A DNA stretch of 64,000 nucleotides, from NCBI GenBank assembly GCA_038231435.1, contig JBBRLJ010000028.1, positions 1-64,000 of the forward strand, in the 5' to 3' direction. Numbering within the stretch: the stretch's first letter is position 1; each line of letters opens with the position of its first letter. Of this stretch, positions 12,262 through 23,543 are shown one piece after another. The notes under the pieces are model-generated. The model had not been told where the DNA came from and ran no database searches. It saw nothing but the letters and a program-made list of their open reading frames with translations. The position numbers and the translations under genes are program-made. The DNA comes from Planctomycetota bacterium (GTDB lineage: Bacteria; Planctomycetota; UBA11346).

Positions 12262-12861
12262 ATGGGCGAGCCCATGATCGGCAGCAACCCACCAGCGACC
12301 AACGGCGCGGCCCTGAGCCGCGTGATCCACATCCTGATCGGCCAGGTGCATATCGCGCGGCGGCCGCACGTGCTCTTCGCCGTGCTCGGCAGCTGCATCG
12401 GCGTCGCCATCATCGATCGTGCGTCTGGCATTGGCGGCATGGCGCATGTGCTGCTGCCCGAGTCCCGCGGCCAGGCCGAACCCGGGATGCCGGGCAAATA
12501 CGCAGACGTCGCGGTCGATTGCCTGGTCCGCGGCATGACCCAGGTGGGGGCAGATCCGTCCCGTCTGGTCTCGTTCGTGGCCGGCGGTGCCGCGCTCTGT
12601 TCGGAGGGCGATCCCCATGCCGGGATCGGCAGTTCCAATGCGGCGGTGACCCTGCTGGCGCTCGCGCGGCTCGGTATTCCCATCGCTGAGCGCAGCATCG
12701 GCGGCAAGGCAGGCCGCAAGGTGACGCTGCACACCGACAGCTGCCTCTTCCGTGTCGAGGCGCTAGGATCACCGGAACACGTGCTCACGGTGGAACGTGC
12801 CAGGCGACCGGTGGCAGCGGCCACCCGCAACGCTCCAGCTCCCGCGTCGAGTTCAGGGTAG
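12262..12861 (+). CDS. cheD: Chemoreceptor glutamine deamidase CheD
   Basis: LGSCIGV, GGMAHVLLP, GKYAD, AGGA, GG..GRKV. Confidence 0.9.
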   Translation: MGEPMIGSNPPATNGAALSRVIHILIGQVHIARRPHVLFAVLGSCIGVAIIDRASGIGGMAHVLLPESRGQAEPGMPGKYADVAVDCLVRGMTQVGADPSRLVSFVAGGAALCSEGDPHAGIGSSNAAVTLLALARLGIPIAERSIGGKAGRKVTLHTDSCLFRVEALGSPEHVLTVERARRPVAAATRNAPAPASSSG

Positions 12862-13114
12862 CGTACTTCCTGGCGCGGCCGCCCGTGATGGCAATCCTTC
12901 GGTTTCGACGAGATCGATCGAGCGCGAACACCACCATCGTCGCCTCAGCGATCGGAGCACGATATCGGACGGCAGACCAATCAGGTGGCCGAGTCGGAAC
13001 CGTCTGATATTTTCCGCGCTGATCGGCCCGCTGTGTCCAGTCCTGGATGCATTCGCGGCAAGCATCCAGAGCCGTGGCCCTTCCTAATCCGCGGACGTCC
13101 GCACCGAGAGACCC

Positions 13115-15322
13115 ATGACCGAACCCGTCGACCTGGTGAACCCGTTCCAGGGCACCGATTCGCATTTCGATCTCTCGCGCGGCAACACCTACCCCGCTGT
13201 CGCGATGCCGTGGGGGATGAACTTCTGGTCGCCGCAGACCAGCGATTCGCGCTGGATGTATGATCACCGCTCGCCGCGCCTGCAGGGCATCCGCTGCACC
13301 CATTCGCCCTCGCCGTGGATGGGAGACTACGGCCAATTCACGGTGATGCCGGTCACCGGCGATCCGTCGCCGGGACCCGAGGCGCGTTCGTCGTACCATC
13401 GTCACGCGGACACCACGTGCGGGCCGCACCGCTTCCGCACCCGCCTGATGCGCTATGACATCGGGATCGAGGTGGTGCCCACCATGCGCGGGGCGTGCTT
13501 CCGTTTCTCGTTCCCAGCCGACGCGGAAGCGGCGGTGATGATCCTGCCTGCCGGGGACCATGCCCGCGTCGAGATCGTGCGCGAAGCCGGGCGCGTCCTG
13601 CTGGTCGTCAAAGCCAACAGCGGCGGGGTGCCGGACAATTTCGCCCATCACGTGATCGCGGAATTCGATGCCCCGGTGATCTCATCCTCGATGATACGCG
13701 GCGACCAGGTTGGCAATGGCACTACCGCCGAAGGCCGGGTAGGAGCGATCCTGCGCTTCGGGCGCGTAAGTCGACCCGTGCACCTGCGCATCGCGACATC
13801 GTTCATCGATGCGCGGCAGGCTGCGCTCACGTTCGCGCGCGAAGTCTCGGGCCGTGGCATCGACGAGCTCGAGTCCGAGGCGCGCTCGGCATGGAATGGC
13901 CTGCTCGGCCGCGTCCGCCTCGACGGCGCCGACGAGCGCCAGCGCGCCACCTTCTATTCCTGCCTGTACCGCTGCCTGCTCTTCCCGCGCGTGATGCATG
14001 AACCGGACGAGATGGGCGCGCTCCGGCACTACAGTCCGTACGATGGCAAGGTGCACCCAGGCGAGATGGTGACCGACAACGGCTTCTGGGACACCTTCAG
14101 GACGGTCTATCCGCTGCTATCGGTGCTCTACCCCGACCATCTGCGGGGCATCCTCGCTGGCTGGATGAACGCTTACCGCGAGGGCGGCTGGTTCCCCAAG
14201 TGGGCGAGCCCCGGGTATCGCAACGTGATGATCGGCACCCACTCCGATGCGGTGTTCGCCGATGCCGCGGTGAAGGGCATCGGCGGATTCGATCTCGACG
14301 AGGCCTACGCCGGCTTGATCAAGAACGCCACCGTGCCCGGTGATCCAGAGGGACATTGGGGCCGCAAGGGGCTTGCGCATTACCTCGAGAAGGGCTGGGT
14401 CGCAGCGGAACAGGTCGAGGGCGCCTGCGCTCGGACCCAGGAGTTCGCCTACGGAGATTTCTGCGTGGCCCAGGTCGCAGCGCTGGTCGGCGCGACCGAT
14501 GCGGCCACGATGCTGCGCGATCGTTCGGGCAACTGGCGGCATTGCTGGGATCCCGAGGCCGGCTTCATGCGCGGACGCGACGCCGACGGCTCCTGGACGA
14601 AGCCATGGAGCGAATTCCGTTGGGGCGGGGAGTACGTCGAGGGAGGCCCGTGGCAGTGGTCGTGGGCAGTGCCGCACGATGCCGCCGGCCTGATCGCGGC
14701 GCATGGCGGCGACCAGACCTTCGTCGAGCGGCTCGATCTCATGCTCGCGACGCCGCCGCGCTTCGAGATCGGCACCTACCCGTACGAGATCCACGAGATG
14801 ACCGAGATGGCGGCCGCCGACTTCGGACAATACGCGCACTCGAACCAACCGGTCCACCACGTGCTGTACCTGTATCCGCATGCCGGCCGGCCGGATAGGC
14901 TGCAGTACTGGGCGCGGCGCATCTGCGCCGAACTCTATGGCCCCGGTCCCGACGGTTTTCCCGGCGACGAGGACAATGGCGAGATGTCGGCCTGGTACGT
15001 CATGAGTTCGCTGGGCTTCTTTCCACTGTGCCCCGGCCATCCCAGCTACGTGCTCGGCAGCCCGCTGTTCCCTCGCGCCGAACTACGCATTCCCGGCGCC
15101 GAGCGCCCCCTCGTGATCGAGGCCGTAGGCCAACGGGCCGATGCACCATACATCCAGTCCGCGAACCTGGATGGTCTGCCGTACGATCGCTGCTGGATCC
15201 CGCACGACCTGTTCACCCGCGGCGGAACGCTGTCGTTCGTGATGGGTACCACGCCGTCCGCGTGGGGGAGCCGCCCGCAGGACCGACCGTTCTCATTCAG
15301 CGCCACTCAGCGCAGCCACTGA
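13115..15322 (+). CDS. GH92 alpha-mannosidase
   Basis: VNPFQGT, GNTYP, WDTFRT..PL, MIGTHSD, YVEG, HSNQP.HH, GDEDNGEMSAWY. Confidence 0.93.
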   Translation: MTEPVDLVNPFQGTDSHFDLSRGNTYPAVAMPWGMNFWSPQTSDSRWMYDHRSPRLQGIRCTHSPSPWMGDYGQFTVMPVTGDPSPGPEARSSYHRHADTTCGPHRFRTRLMRYDIGIEVVPTMRGACFRFSFPADAEAAVMILPAGDHARVEIVREAGRVLLVVKANSGGVPDNFAHHVIAEFDAPVISSSMIRGDQVGNGTTAEGRVGAILRFGRVSRPVHLRIATSFIDARQAALTFAREVSGRGIDELESEARSAWNGLLGRVRLDGADERQRATFYSCLYRCLLFPRVMHEPDEMGALRHYSPYDGKVHPGEMVTDNGFWDTFRTVYPLLSVLYPDHLRGILAGWMNAYREGGWFPKWASPGYRNVMIGTHSDAVFADAAVKGIGGFDLDEAYAGLIKNATVPGDPEGHWGRKGLAHYLEKGWVAAEQVEGACARTQEFAYGDFCVAQVAALVGATDAATMLRDRSGNWRHCWDPEAGFMRGRDADGSWTKPWSEFRWGGEYVEGGPWQWSWAVPHDAAGLIAAHGGDQTFVERLDLMLATPPRFEIGTYPYEIHEMTEMAAADFGQYAHSNQPVHHVLYLYPHAGRPDRLQYWARRICAELYGPGPDGFPGDEDNGEMSAWYVMSSLGFFPLCPGHPSYVLGSPLFPRAELRIPGAERPLVIEAVGQRADAPYIQSANLDGLPYDRCWIPHDLFTRGGTLSFVMGTTPSAWGSRPQDRPFSFSATQRSH

Positions 15323-15370
15323 GTCAACGCGGTGGCATGCGCTGGGGATCGCACGCGCACGCTGCGAGAC

Positions 15371-15715
15371 CTACCCTCGCTTGCGCAGGTCCAGCCCGAC
15401 CAGCACGGCCTCGGTGTTCGACATATCGCCGATGATCTTGCGCATGGGAGCCGGCAGGTGCCTGACGAGGGTCGGAACCGCCAGGATCTGGGCTCCCTTC
15501 GCCAAACGCGGCTTCACCAGGAGGTCGATCACCTCGATCGAGTACAGGCCCGCCAGATGCTCGTCGCAGATCCTGCGCAGGTTCGCCAACGCCCGCACCG
15601 TCTTCGGAGTCTGTCCGGCGATGTAGAGCAGCATGTTCCACTGCAAGTTCTTCCGCTTCTTATGCGTATTCTTGAGGGGCCTCCGCTTGGCGGGCACGGC
15701 CTTCCTGGCGCTCAT
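15371..15715 (-). CDS. kaiB: Circadian clock protein KaiB family
   Basis: [23 protein letters not shown]...P.LA....[19 protein letters not shown]. Confidence 0.95.
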   Translation of the reverse strand: MSARKAVPAKRRPLKNTHKKRKNLQWNMLLYIAGQTPKTVRALANLRRICDEHLAGLYSIEVIDLLVKPRLAKGAQILAVPTLVRHLPAPMRKIIGDMSNTEAVLVGLDLRKRG

Positions 15716-17484
15716 CGGCTCTCCTTCCGGGCGAGCCGCCGATTGCGTCTCACCGAGCGCAGCGTATCGGCGGTGCGCATGGCCGCGATGCGCTGCCGTG
15801 TCGAATCATCGTCGGCCATCCGCTCATCGCTGGCCTTCTGTGCCTGGAGCATCTCGGCACTGTCCGACTCGAGGCTCGCCTGGAGGACGCGGATCTGGGC
15901 TTCGGTGGCCAGGCGCTTGTGCTCGATGGCGCGACGGCGCTTCTCGAATTCTTGGGTCAGGCCGCGCTTATCCTGCCCCTCCCGTGCGCCGCGATCCACG
16001 CGGGCTGAACCCATCAGCACTCCCGACGAGCCCAGGTACACATCCACGAGTTCGATGCCCTTGTCGTTCATGATGAATTCCCGGACCTGGTTGGAGTGGC
16101 GCATGCCGCGCGACTTGACGATCATCAAGCCGCGATTCCGCTCGCCGTCGTGCTCGTACGTGCGCACCATCATCCAGGTGTCCATCAACGAGGATATGGT
16201 GGTCTCGGTCAATTCGAGAGCGCTGCCGCCGAAGGTGAGACTGGTGAAGATGCCGGTGATCTCCTGGTGCTTGAGCATATCGATCAGGCGGGTCAGCATC
16301 GACTTGACCTCGGTCGTCGTCCCCGCGGCGATGAAGTTCGAGATCGGATCGAGGATGACGAGCTCCGGTTTGAATTCGCGTATGGCGTTGGCCATCGTCA
16401 CCAGGTGCATCTCCAGCCCATGGAGCGAAGAGCGCGACGCCAGGATGCGGAGCGTTCCGTTCTGCAGGAAGGGAGCCATGTCGTTGCCGATCGAACGCAT
16501 GTTGCGGACGATCTGGTCGCGGGACTCCTCGAAGGCGAAGTACAGGCACCGTTCGCCGCGTCGGCAGGCGGCCGAGGCCATCCAAGCGGACAAGGTGCTC
16601 TTGCCGGTGCCGGCCGTACCGGAAATGAGGATGCTGCTGCCCTTGAAATACCCCCTGTCGCCGAATATCGTATCGAGGCGCTCGATTCCAGTGGATCGAC
16701 GCTCCGAAGACGCTCCGTGATCCAGCCCGATACCGATCGGGAACACCGAGAACCCGCGATCATCGATGAGGAATGGGAACTCATTGGTCGCGTGCGAGGA
16801 TCCGCGATATTTGACGACCCGCAGGCGGCGCGTGGTGATCTCATCCAGCACCTGGTGATCGAGCAGCACCACGCAATCGGACACGTACTCTTCGATACCG
16901 TAGCGGGTCAGGGCTCCTTGGCCCCGCTCCGCGGTGATCAAGGTGGTGATGCCGCGATCCTTCAGCCAACGGAAGAGGCGGCGCAATTCGGCGCGCAGGA
17001 TCGCCTCGTTCGGCAGCGAGGCGAACAGCACCTCGAGGGTATCCAGCACCAGGCGCTTGGCGCCGATCTGGTCGATCGCCGCGCCCAGCCGCACGAACAG
17101 TCCATCCAGGTCGTATTCGCCTCCGTCGATGACCTCGCTGCGGTCGAGATAGACATGCTCAACGAGCATCTTCTTCTTGCTGACCAGCGACGAGATGTCG
17201 TGGCCGATCGACGCGAGATTCATCGCCAGTTCCTCGGCGGTCTCCTCGAAGGTGAAATAGACGACCGGTTCATTCAATTCCCTCGCCGCATACGCGAGGA
17301 AGTGCATCGCGAACAGGGTTTTCCCCGTACCGGCGGAACCGCAGATCAGCGAGCATCGACCCTTGGGCAGACCGCCGCCGGTGATCTCGTCGAATCCTGG
17401 AACGCCGGTGAGGGCCTTGCGCAGGATGCCGGTAGGGGCTTTGCGCAGCGGGGACGGCAAGGCTAACTTCCGGCGAGTGACCAT
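15712..17484 (-). CDS. kaiC: KaiC (KaiC2-like double RecA-fold ATPase/kinase)
   Basis: Two Walker A motifs ([16 protein letters not shown]), TFEE/AFEE, KYRGS.H, ISSLMDT phosphosite region, coiled-coil tail. Confidence 0.95.
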   Translation of the reverse strand: MVTRRKLALPSPLRKAPTGILRKALTGVPGFDEITGGGLPKGRCSLICGSAGTGKTLFAMHFLAYAARELNEPVVYFTFEETAEELAMNLASIGHDISSLVSKKKMLVEHVYLDRSEVIDGGEYDLDGLFVRLGAAIDQIGAKRLVLDTLEVLFASLPNEAILRAELRRLFRWLKDRGITTLITAERGQGALTRYGIEEYVSDCVVLLDHQVLDEITTRRLRVVKYRGSSHATNEFPFLIDDRGFSVFPIGIGLDHGASSERRSTGIERLDTIFGDRGYFKGSSILISGTAGTGKSTLSAWMASAACRRGERCLYFAFEESRDQIVRNMRSIGNDMAPFLQNGTLRILASRSSLHGLEMHLVTMANAIREFKPELVILDPISNFIAAGTTTEVKSMLTRLIDMLKHQEITGIFTSLTFGGSALELTETTISSLMDTWMMVRTYEHDGERNRGLMIVKSRGMRHSNQVREFIMNDKGIELVDVYLGSSGVLMGSARVDRGAREGQDKRGLTQEFEKRRRAIEHKRLATEAQIRVLQASLESDSAEMLQAQKASDERMADDDSTRQRIAAMRTADTLRSVRRNRRLARKESR

Positions 17485-17748
17485 GTGGACAGGCTCCGAT
17501 TCCCCACACCTTTCAAACCGGGGTGCTGACGGGATAAGGAAAAAGGCAGAAGCTTGCGGCATTCCGCAGATCCAAGCCTGCGCGCAGGCTCTTTCAGGTG
17601 CTTGAACGGCGATTGAAGACGAAGCCGCCGAGAAGTAACAGGCGCAGTTGCACCATCGGCCCCAATACCTGGTCTTGTCATCGACCGGGTGTCCAAGGTC
17701 CTTTGCAAGCCGTGCCGGTACGGTAGCGCGCTTCTGTAGCCTCTCACC

Positions 17749-18261
17749 ATGTCTGAGCTGCGCGTGCTGGTTATCGACGACAATCCCGGAGATGTGACGT
17801 TGCTGAGGGAAGCATTCATCGAGAACCACATCCCGTTGGATCTGCTGGTCGCCGAGAACGCCATCCAAGCCTACACGATGATGCGTGATATTCCCGAATC
17901 ACAGGCTCCAGACCTCATCCTCATCGACCTCAATCTTCCCATCATCAAAGGCCAAACCGTGCTGCGAGAATTGCGCGATTTCCATCCCTGGCGCAGATCG
18001 CGCAGGCTGGTGTTCAGCTCTTCGGCCGCCAGTTATGAGATCGACGAATGCATGCGGCTCGGGGCCCACGGGTATCTGGTCAAGCCGGCGCACTTCGCCG
18101 GCTACATCGAACTGGCGCGGCGCCTACGAGGCATGCGCCCGACCAGCGGATCGACCGCGAGACTTCGCACGGAAGCGTCCGTGAGCACGAAGCGGCCCGC
18201 CACGTCGCGGCGTATCCGTGCGACCAACGTCTCCGCCCAGTTCCGACACAACACACCCTGA
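17749..18261 (+). CDS. Single-domain response regulator
   Basis: LVIDDN, LILIDLNLP, FSSS, YLVKP. Confidence 0.85.
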   Translation: MSELRVLVIDDNPGDVTLLREAFIENHIPLDLLVAENAIQAYTMMRDIPESQAPDLILIDLNLPIIKGQTVLRELRDFHPWRRSRRLVFSSSAASYEIDECMRLGAHGYLVKPAHFAGYIELARRLRGMRPTSGSTARLRTEASVSTKRPATSRRIRATNVSAQFRHNTP

Positions 18262-18299
18262 GCCTGCTTTCAGAACCCGGCCCGACCTTCGGAGATGAC

Positions 18300-18884
18300 A
18301 TGCCCGACACCACCCAGTCCCGCGTCCCGACGATCGTCTACGTCGAGGACAACGCAGGCGACGCGACCTTGTTGGAGGAGGCTCTTCGGGAACGGAAGTA
18401 CGCCAGCCAATTGCTGATCCTCGCGACCGGAGAGAAAGCCCTCCACTATCTATCGGTCAGGGGAACCGCAGAGGATCTGCCTCCGCCCCACTGCATCCTG
18501 CTCGATGCCCATCTACCGATCGTGACGGGAGCCCAGCTCCTGAGATACATCAGGGCAACGAAGATCTACGACGACACGCCCGTGTACATCTTCGCGGCTG
18601 AATCCCAGTATCAGGATATCCTCCAGGCCGGCATCGTTTCGAAGGAAAGCTTCCTGACGAAAGGGAATTCGTGGGACGGGTTTCTGAGGCTCGCGGATCT
18701 GCTCATGCAGAGCGCGACGGCCAAACAGGATAACCAGATCGCGAACACGACCGATGCCATGCCTGAGGTCCATGCGGAAGGATCCCTGCGTCGTCAGGAG
18801 ACCCAGGTACAGCGGGACCGCACCCAGCAGGGCCGTTCGCATGAACCAGCCACGGGGCGACAGACGAGACGGCAAGTGCCGTAG
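18300..18884 (+). CDS. Single-domain response regulator
   Basis: VYVEDN, ILLDAHLP, FLTK; GGAG RBS before ATG 18300. Confidence 0.8.
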   Translation: MPDTTQSRVPTIVYVEDNAGDATLLEEALRERKYASQLLILATGEKALHYLSVRGTAEDLPPPHCILLDAHLPIVTGAQLLRYIRATKIYDDTPVYIFAAESQYQDILQAGIVSKESFLTKGNSWDGFLRLADLLMQSATAKQDNQIANTTDAMPEVHAEGSLRRQETQVQRDRTQQGRSHEPATGRQTRRQVP

Positions 18885-18963
18885 GATCCAGGCATCGCGC
18901 AGACGGGATTCGAGGCCGAACCGTTCGACGAACGCTCGCAACCTGACATGCACCGATTTCCGA

Positions 18964-19770
18964 TCACCAGGCTCGGGCGTGCGGCTCCCTCATCCTGCCA
19001 ATGCGGTGGCAGTGGGGGGGCCGGGTGAGCGGAAGGGTGATGATGAATTCAGTCCCGTATCCGATCCGGGTCTCGAATCGGAGACTGCCGCCATGATGCT
19101 TGACGATGATGTCCTGCGCGAGGTACAGACCCTGCCCGGTTCCCTGGCCGGCACCCTTGGTGGTGAAGAAGGGCTCGAAGATCCGCGAGCGCACGGCTTC
19201 TGGGATGCCGCCGCCGGTGTCGGCGATGCGGATCTCGGCGGCATCCTCGATGAGCCTGGTCGAAATGGTGATGGTGCCGCGCCCACCCTTCTGCTCGATG
19301 CGATCGCGAATGGCGTGCGCCGCGTTGACGATCCGATTCAGGATGACCTGGTTGATCTCATCGATCACGCACGGCACTGACGGCAGGCGCGCGTCGAAAT
19401 CGGTCACCGCGTCCGCCACATGGTGGTATTCGGAACGGCTGATCTCGAGTGTGGCGACGATGGCCAGGTGCAGGTCGACGTCACGTGGCTCGCTGCCGCA
19501 CGGATGGGTGAAGTGCTTCATGGCCCGGATGATCCCGGCGACGCGTCGCGCGCCCTCCAGCGACTGCTTGACGGCCTTGGGGAATTCGCCGAGCACGAAA
19601 TCGAGGTCGGCCTTGCGTTCGGCCGCTTCGATCAGCTCGATGGTTGCTTGCGAGGATCCCGGGGGCAGGTCAGCGCGCAGCCGCTGGTACGCCTCGACGA
19701 TCGGCGCCAGGCTCTGGGCGCACTCATCTATGAAATGAAGATTGTCGCTGATGAACTGCATCGGGGTGTC
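18964..19770 (-). pseudogene. 5'-truncated histidine kinase fragment
   Basis: Begins at TPMQFISDNL, just after where the AHEIN H-box should be; DTGGGI, FEPFFTTK and GTGQGL are intact. Confidence 0.75.
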
Positions 19771-19930
19771 CGCGAGGTGTCTGGTCCTCGAGATCACGGT
19801 CAGGATCGTCTGCGACGACTCACTCCCGGGCGTGATCGGTATCGGACAAGGAAGCGCCGCCCACCGCGACTCGCGCGCCGAGCCGGCATCACGCCGGCCA
19901 GCTGAGCGCGTGCCGGTGTCGCTGAACTGC

Positions 19931-22036
19931 CTACCGCCGCCGGTAGGCGCCGATGCCGAACAGGTAGAAGGCCGCCGCACCCCAGTTGTAGTCGCCGACG
20001 CCGCCCGGCGCGCCCTCGCCAGGGTCGGTATGCATGTTCTCGCGGAAGGTCGCGCCCGCCGACTGGCAGCCGATGACGCGCCGCGCCGCCTCCTCGGCCG
20101 CGTCGCCGTAGCCCTCGCGCGCGAGCATCTCGGTCAGCCAGAAGCTGATGTGGGGCCAGGCGCGGCCGCGCCAATAGCCGCCCGGCTCGTAGGTGGGCTC
20201 GTCGTAGGCCACCGAGGGGAAGGGGATCGGGCCGAAGAACTGCTTCGGGTCCAGCAGGACATCCTCGATCAACTCGCGCTTGGCCGCGCGTGGGATCGGT
20301 ACGCCGCAGACGATCGGCCAGAGCATGTAGAAGGTGCGCGTGCGGCGATGCGAGCGGGTGTGGTGGTTGTAGTCCCAGAAGCGGCGCTCCGACGGCAGGT
20401 AGAGCACGCGCATCATCGCCTCGGCGATGGCGTCGGCGCGCTTGCGCCACGATGACGCCTCCACCGCTCGGCCGCGGCGCTGCGCCAAGCGGCCGAGGAT
20501 GGTCGCATCCTGGTAGAGGAACGAATTCAGGCTCACCGACGCCACCGGCGGCAGGAAGCTGTTCTTGCCGCTGGTGAACTGATCGTACATCGGCGAATCG
20601 TCGGCGGTCTGGCCGCCCCAGGTCCACTCCGCGAGGCCGTCGCGATCGCGGTCGGCGAACTCGCGCCAGTAGCGGTGGTTGGCTATCAGCTTCGGCCACA
20701 TCGACGTGAGGTAGGCGGTGTCGGAGGCGGGAATGGCACCGCGCCGGTCGAGGTAGCGTTCGACCGCCCACGAGGCGATCGGCGCTTGCGGGGCGGCGTA
20801 GACCTTGCGCTCGGGCACGGCCCAGTTCTTGCGGTCCTCGGGGCTGGCGCCGTCGCGCTCGAGCTGGTCGACGAAGACGCTACGGATCGCTCCGCGCGCG
20901 AATTCGGGATCGAAATCCGCGAGCGCGACACCGGTGAAGAGCGAATCCCAGAAGAAGGCGGTCGAGAATGGCCCACTCTGCACCCAGCACATCGAGGCCA
21001 CGTCCTTGCCGAAGCGGCCATCGAGGCCGCGGATGCCCGTGCGCAGCAGGGCCCAGCGCGCGCGCATCAGCTTGGCGTCGACGGCCGGCGAGCCCGAACG
21101 CGGCGGGTGCGCGACATCGGCGTGCTCGGCGAACCACGCCTTCGCGCGCGCCAGCAGCACATCGACGTCGGCTCGCGGCGGGCGCTTCGACGGCCAGTCG
21201 AAGCGCGGGCGCTGGTGCCAGGCGATCGAGAGTTCGGTAGAGAACTGGTAGGTCCGCGATTGGCCGGGTGCAAGGCGCAGCGGGCCGGAGACCAGGGCGA
21301 AGAAGCCGGGGGCATGAGCGTCCGGGAAGCTCTTCAGGGATGGTACGCCCGCGGCGCTCCACCACGGCCGGGTCCCCAACCACGGCGTGATCTTGGCTGG
21401 CGCAGCGGTCGCAGCCACGGTCACCGCGCTCTGCGGCAAGTGCGGTGGACCGTCGACGACGTGGATGCCTCCGCGGATGCCGGCGGGTAGCCGGCGCATG
21501 AAGGTCGCGCGCCGCGCGAACGAGGTATCGGGATAGATCGGATCCGGCTTGCCGCGGAACTGGTCGCCGGGGAAGAAGCCGATCCAGGCCGGCGAGATGG
21601 TGACCGCGATGCCGGTCGGGTTCGAGAAGCGGAACTCGCTGACGATGCGGCACTCATCGGCGAAGACGTGGCGCGCGCACACGTCGATAGCGCCAGCGTC
21701 GGTCAGCAACTGCGCGCGCTCGGTCACCATCCACGGCAGGACTTCAAGGTCCTGCCGCTGCACGGACACCGCGCGGTCGCCGTCGCGCACCCACAGCTGC
21801 GAGGTGGCGTCGGTGACCTGGAAGGTGAAGTCGCAGGAGCGCGGGAAGATCATGCCGAGGCCGAGGGCATGGCCGGAGGGGAAATTCGTCGCCAGCGAGG
21901 CGAAGCGATCCACGAAGGGCACCGACCAGGCGTCGGGGACGATCTGGTTTCGCAGCATCGGCGCCCAGTCATCGGCGCGCGCCTGGCTCGGCTCGATCGC
22001 TCTGCGGGTACGGTCTCGACGGTCGCGGTTGATCAT
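19931..22036 (-). CDS. (alpha/alpha)6 glycoside hydrolase, GH63/MGH1/trehalase-like
   Basis: FFWDS, PQAP, DDSPMYD, YWRG.AW, FREN, YNWGAA. Confidence 0.8.
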   Translation of the reverse strand: MINRDRRDRTRRAIEPSQARADDWAPMLRNQIVPDAWSVPFVDRFASLATNFPSGHALGLGMIFPRSCDFTFQVTDATSQLWVRDGDRAVSVQRQDLEVLPWMVTERAQLLTDAGAIDVCARHVFADECRIVSEFRFSNPTGIAVTISPAWIGFFPGDQFRGKPDPIYPDTSFARRATFMRRLPAGIRGGIHVVDGPPHLPQSAVTVAATAAPAKITPWLGTRPWWSAAGVPSLKSFPDAHAPGFFALVSGPLRLAPGQSRTYQFSTELSIAWHQRPRFDWPSKRPPRADVDVLLARAKAWFAEHADVAHPPRSGSPAVDAKLMRARWALLRTGIRGLDGRFGKDVASMCWVQSGPFSTAFFWDSLFTGVALADFDPEFARGAIRSVFVDQLERDGASPEDRKNWAVPERKVYAAPQAPIASWAVERYLDRRGAIPASDTAYLTSMWPKLIANHRYWREFADRDRDGLAEWTWGGQTADDSPMYDQFTSGKNSFLPPVASVSLNSFLYQDATILGRLAQRRGRAVEASSWRKRADAIAEAMMRVLYLPSERRFWDYNHHTRSHRRTRTFYMLWPIVCGVPIPRAAKRELIEDVLLDPKQFFGPIPFPSVAYDEPTYEPGGYWRGRAWPHISFWLTEMLAREGYGDAAEEAARRVIGCQSAGATFRENMHTDPGEGAPGGVGDYNWGAAAFYLFGIGAYRRR

Positions 22037-22192
22037 GGGGTCCTCGCGCTATCGGCGCTGCCCCGCATCCTCCATCATCAGTCCGCGACTGTACATTGGG
22101 ACATCAGGCGGAGCGGACTCGCCGATCGTTGCGCTGGCGCACTGGTGCCGAGGCCATGGTTTACTGCCAGATGCCCGAATCGGGTCCGGACA

Positions 22193-22272
22193 GAAAATCC
22201 CAGGACAGACATCTCCCAGAAAAATCACAGAAATCCCAAAAATCCCCGAAAATCCCAGGACAGACATCTCCC
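22193..22272. repeat. 25-bp perfect direct repeat GAAAATCCCAGGACAGACATCTCCC x2, separated by AAATC stutters
   Basis: Copies at 22193-22217 and 22248-22272. Confidence 0.9.
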
Positions 22273-22442
22273 TGACCCACCACCAAACTACTCACCCCTC
22301 AGCCTCCCTGAGGCATGAACTTCCGGCTCAGCTCTGCTCTGCCGCAGCATTCGAACTCGACAACGACCCTCTCTGATCCACCAGATCGCCAGAATTTTGA
22401 GCTCGGGCGACGGCGATCCGATCCGTCATGTCCTGATCTCCG

Positions 22443-23489
22443 CTAACCGACCGCCGCTTCCCCATCTGTCGGATGCACTCGTGAGCGGTCAACGATCCAT
22501 TTCACCCCGCGCCGCACCGCTTCCTTCGCTCGCGCCAGGGCACAGCCGATCGCCGACCCTCCGAAGCGGCCACCCATCGACATCGCGTCCCTCCATCGCC
22601 CGAGATCGAGTTCCAGGCGGGCAAGGATCGGCGACAGGTACGTCGGGATCGCTCCTCGTTTCCCGATCCGCACGATCCGCCCCGTCTGGTCGACCAATTC
22701 CAGGTAGTCGTCGGTCGAGAGTGGGCACGGGCACAGCCGGCTCGTCTTGTCGGACCAGGGCGTGCACGCCTCGAGCGGAGCCAGCCATGATTGGACCAGC
22801 GGTGGATCTGCTGGCGTCGGGATCGCTCCGCTATCGACGAGACGCGCGCCGGCCTTCGCCATCTGACGCTCCTCGATGCGTCGCTGAATGCTCGTCAACT
22901 CGCTCGATTCGGGACGATCGGCTTGCCGCGCTCGGATCAGATTGAGATCCACGTATGCCATGCAGGCGATCACCGCCGCCTGATCGAGCAGCGACACCGA
23001 CGTGAAGCGCCCTTCCCAGAAATGGCCGGTGCAACGGTCCTCGCGATTCGCCCGCCGGGCGATGCGCTCCTTCATCACCTTCATGAACCACGACAGACTC
23101 GACAGGCGGGCCCGATGCTCAGAGACCCATTCCGCATCCGCCGCCTTGCCGTCGAGCCAGCGCAGATCCGGTGGCTTCGGATTCCCGTCGTCGTCCTTCA
23201 GCGGGAACATGACCGCCCAGCGCTCGGCCACCTCGCGACCGGACCACCTCGCGGCGCGGTCGGGATGGACCTTCATCACCAGGTGGAAGTGATTCGACAT
23301 CACCGCGTAGGCGAAGATATCGACGGCGAATACCGTCGCCTGCTCGCGAACGGCTGTTTCGATCCAATCTCGACGATGCGCCCATTGATCACTGCAGAGG
23401 AAGGAGCGACGGACGCAGCGGCTGATGACGTGATAGCAGCCAGGTTGCGTCTGGTCGATCAGATGCGAGCGGGCAGTCGTCATGAGCAC
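22443..23489 (-). CDS. HUH Y1 transposase, REP-associated tyrosine transposase (RAYT)/IS200-like
   Basis: YHVISRCVRR.FL, YAVMSNHFHL (HUH), GHFWEGRF.S, YVDLN. Confidence 0.9.
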   Translation of the reverse strand: MLMTTARSHLIDQTQPGCYHVISRCVRRSFLCSDQWAHRRDWIETAVREQATVFAVDIFAYAVMSNHFHLVMKVHPDRAARWSGREVAERWAVMFPLKDDDGNPKPPDLRWLDGKAADAEWVSEHRARLSSLSWFMKVMKERIARRANREDRCTGHFWEGRFTSVSLLDQAAVIACMAYVDLNLIRARQADRPESSELTSIQRRIEERQMAKAGARLVDSGAIPTPADPPLVQSWLAPLEACTPWSDKTSRLCPCPLSTDDYLELVDQTGRIVRIGKRGAIPTYLSPILARLELDLGRWRDAMSMGGRFGGSAIGCALARAKEAVRRGVKWIVDRSRVHPTDGEAAVG

Positions 23490-23543
23490 GGGATACGGGA
23501 TGGATTATGAGATTGGCGTGAGAACACATGCCTGTCCTAGGAT

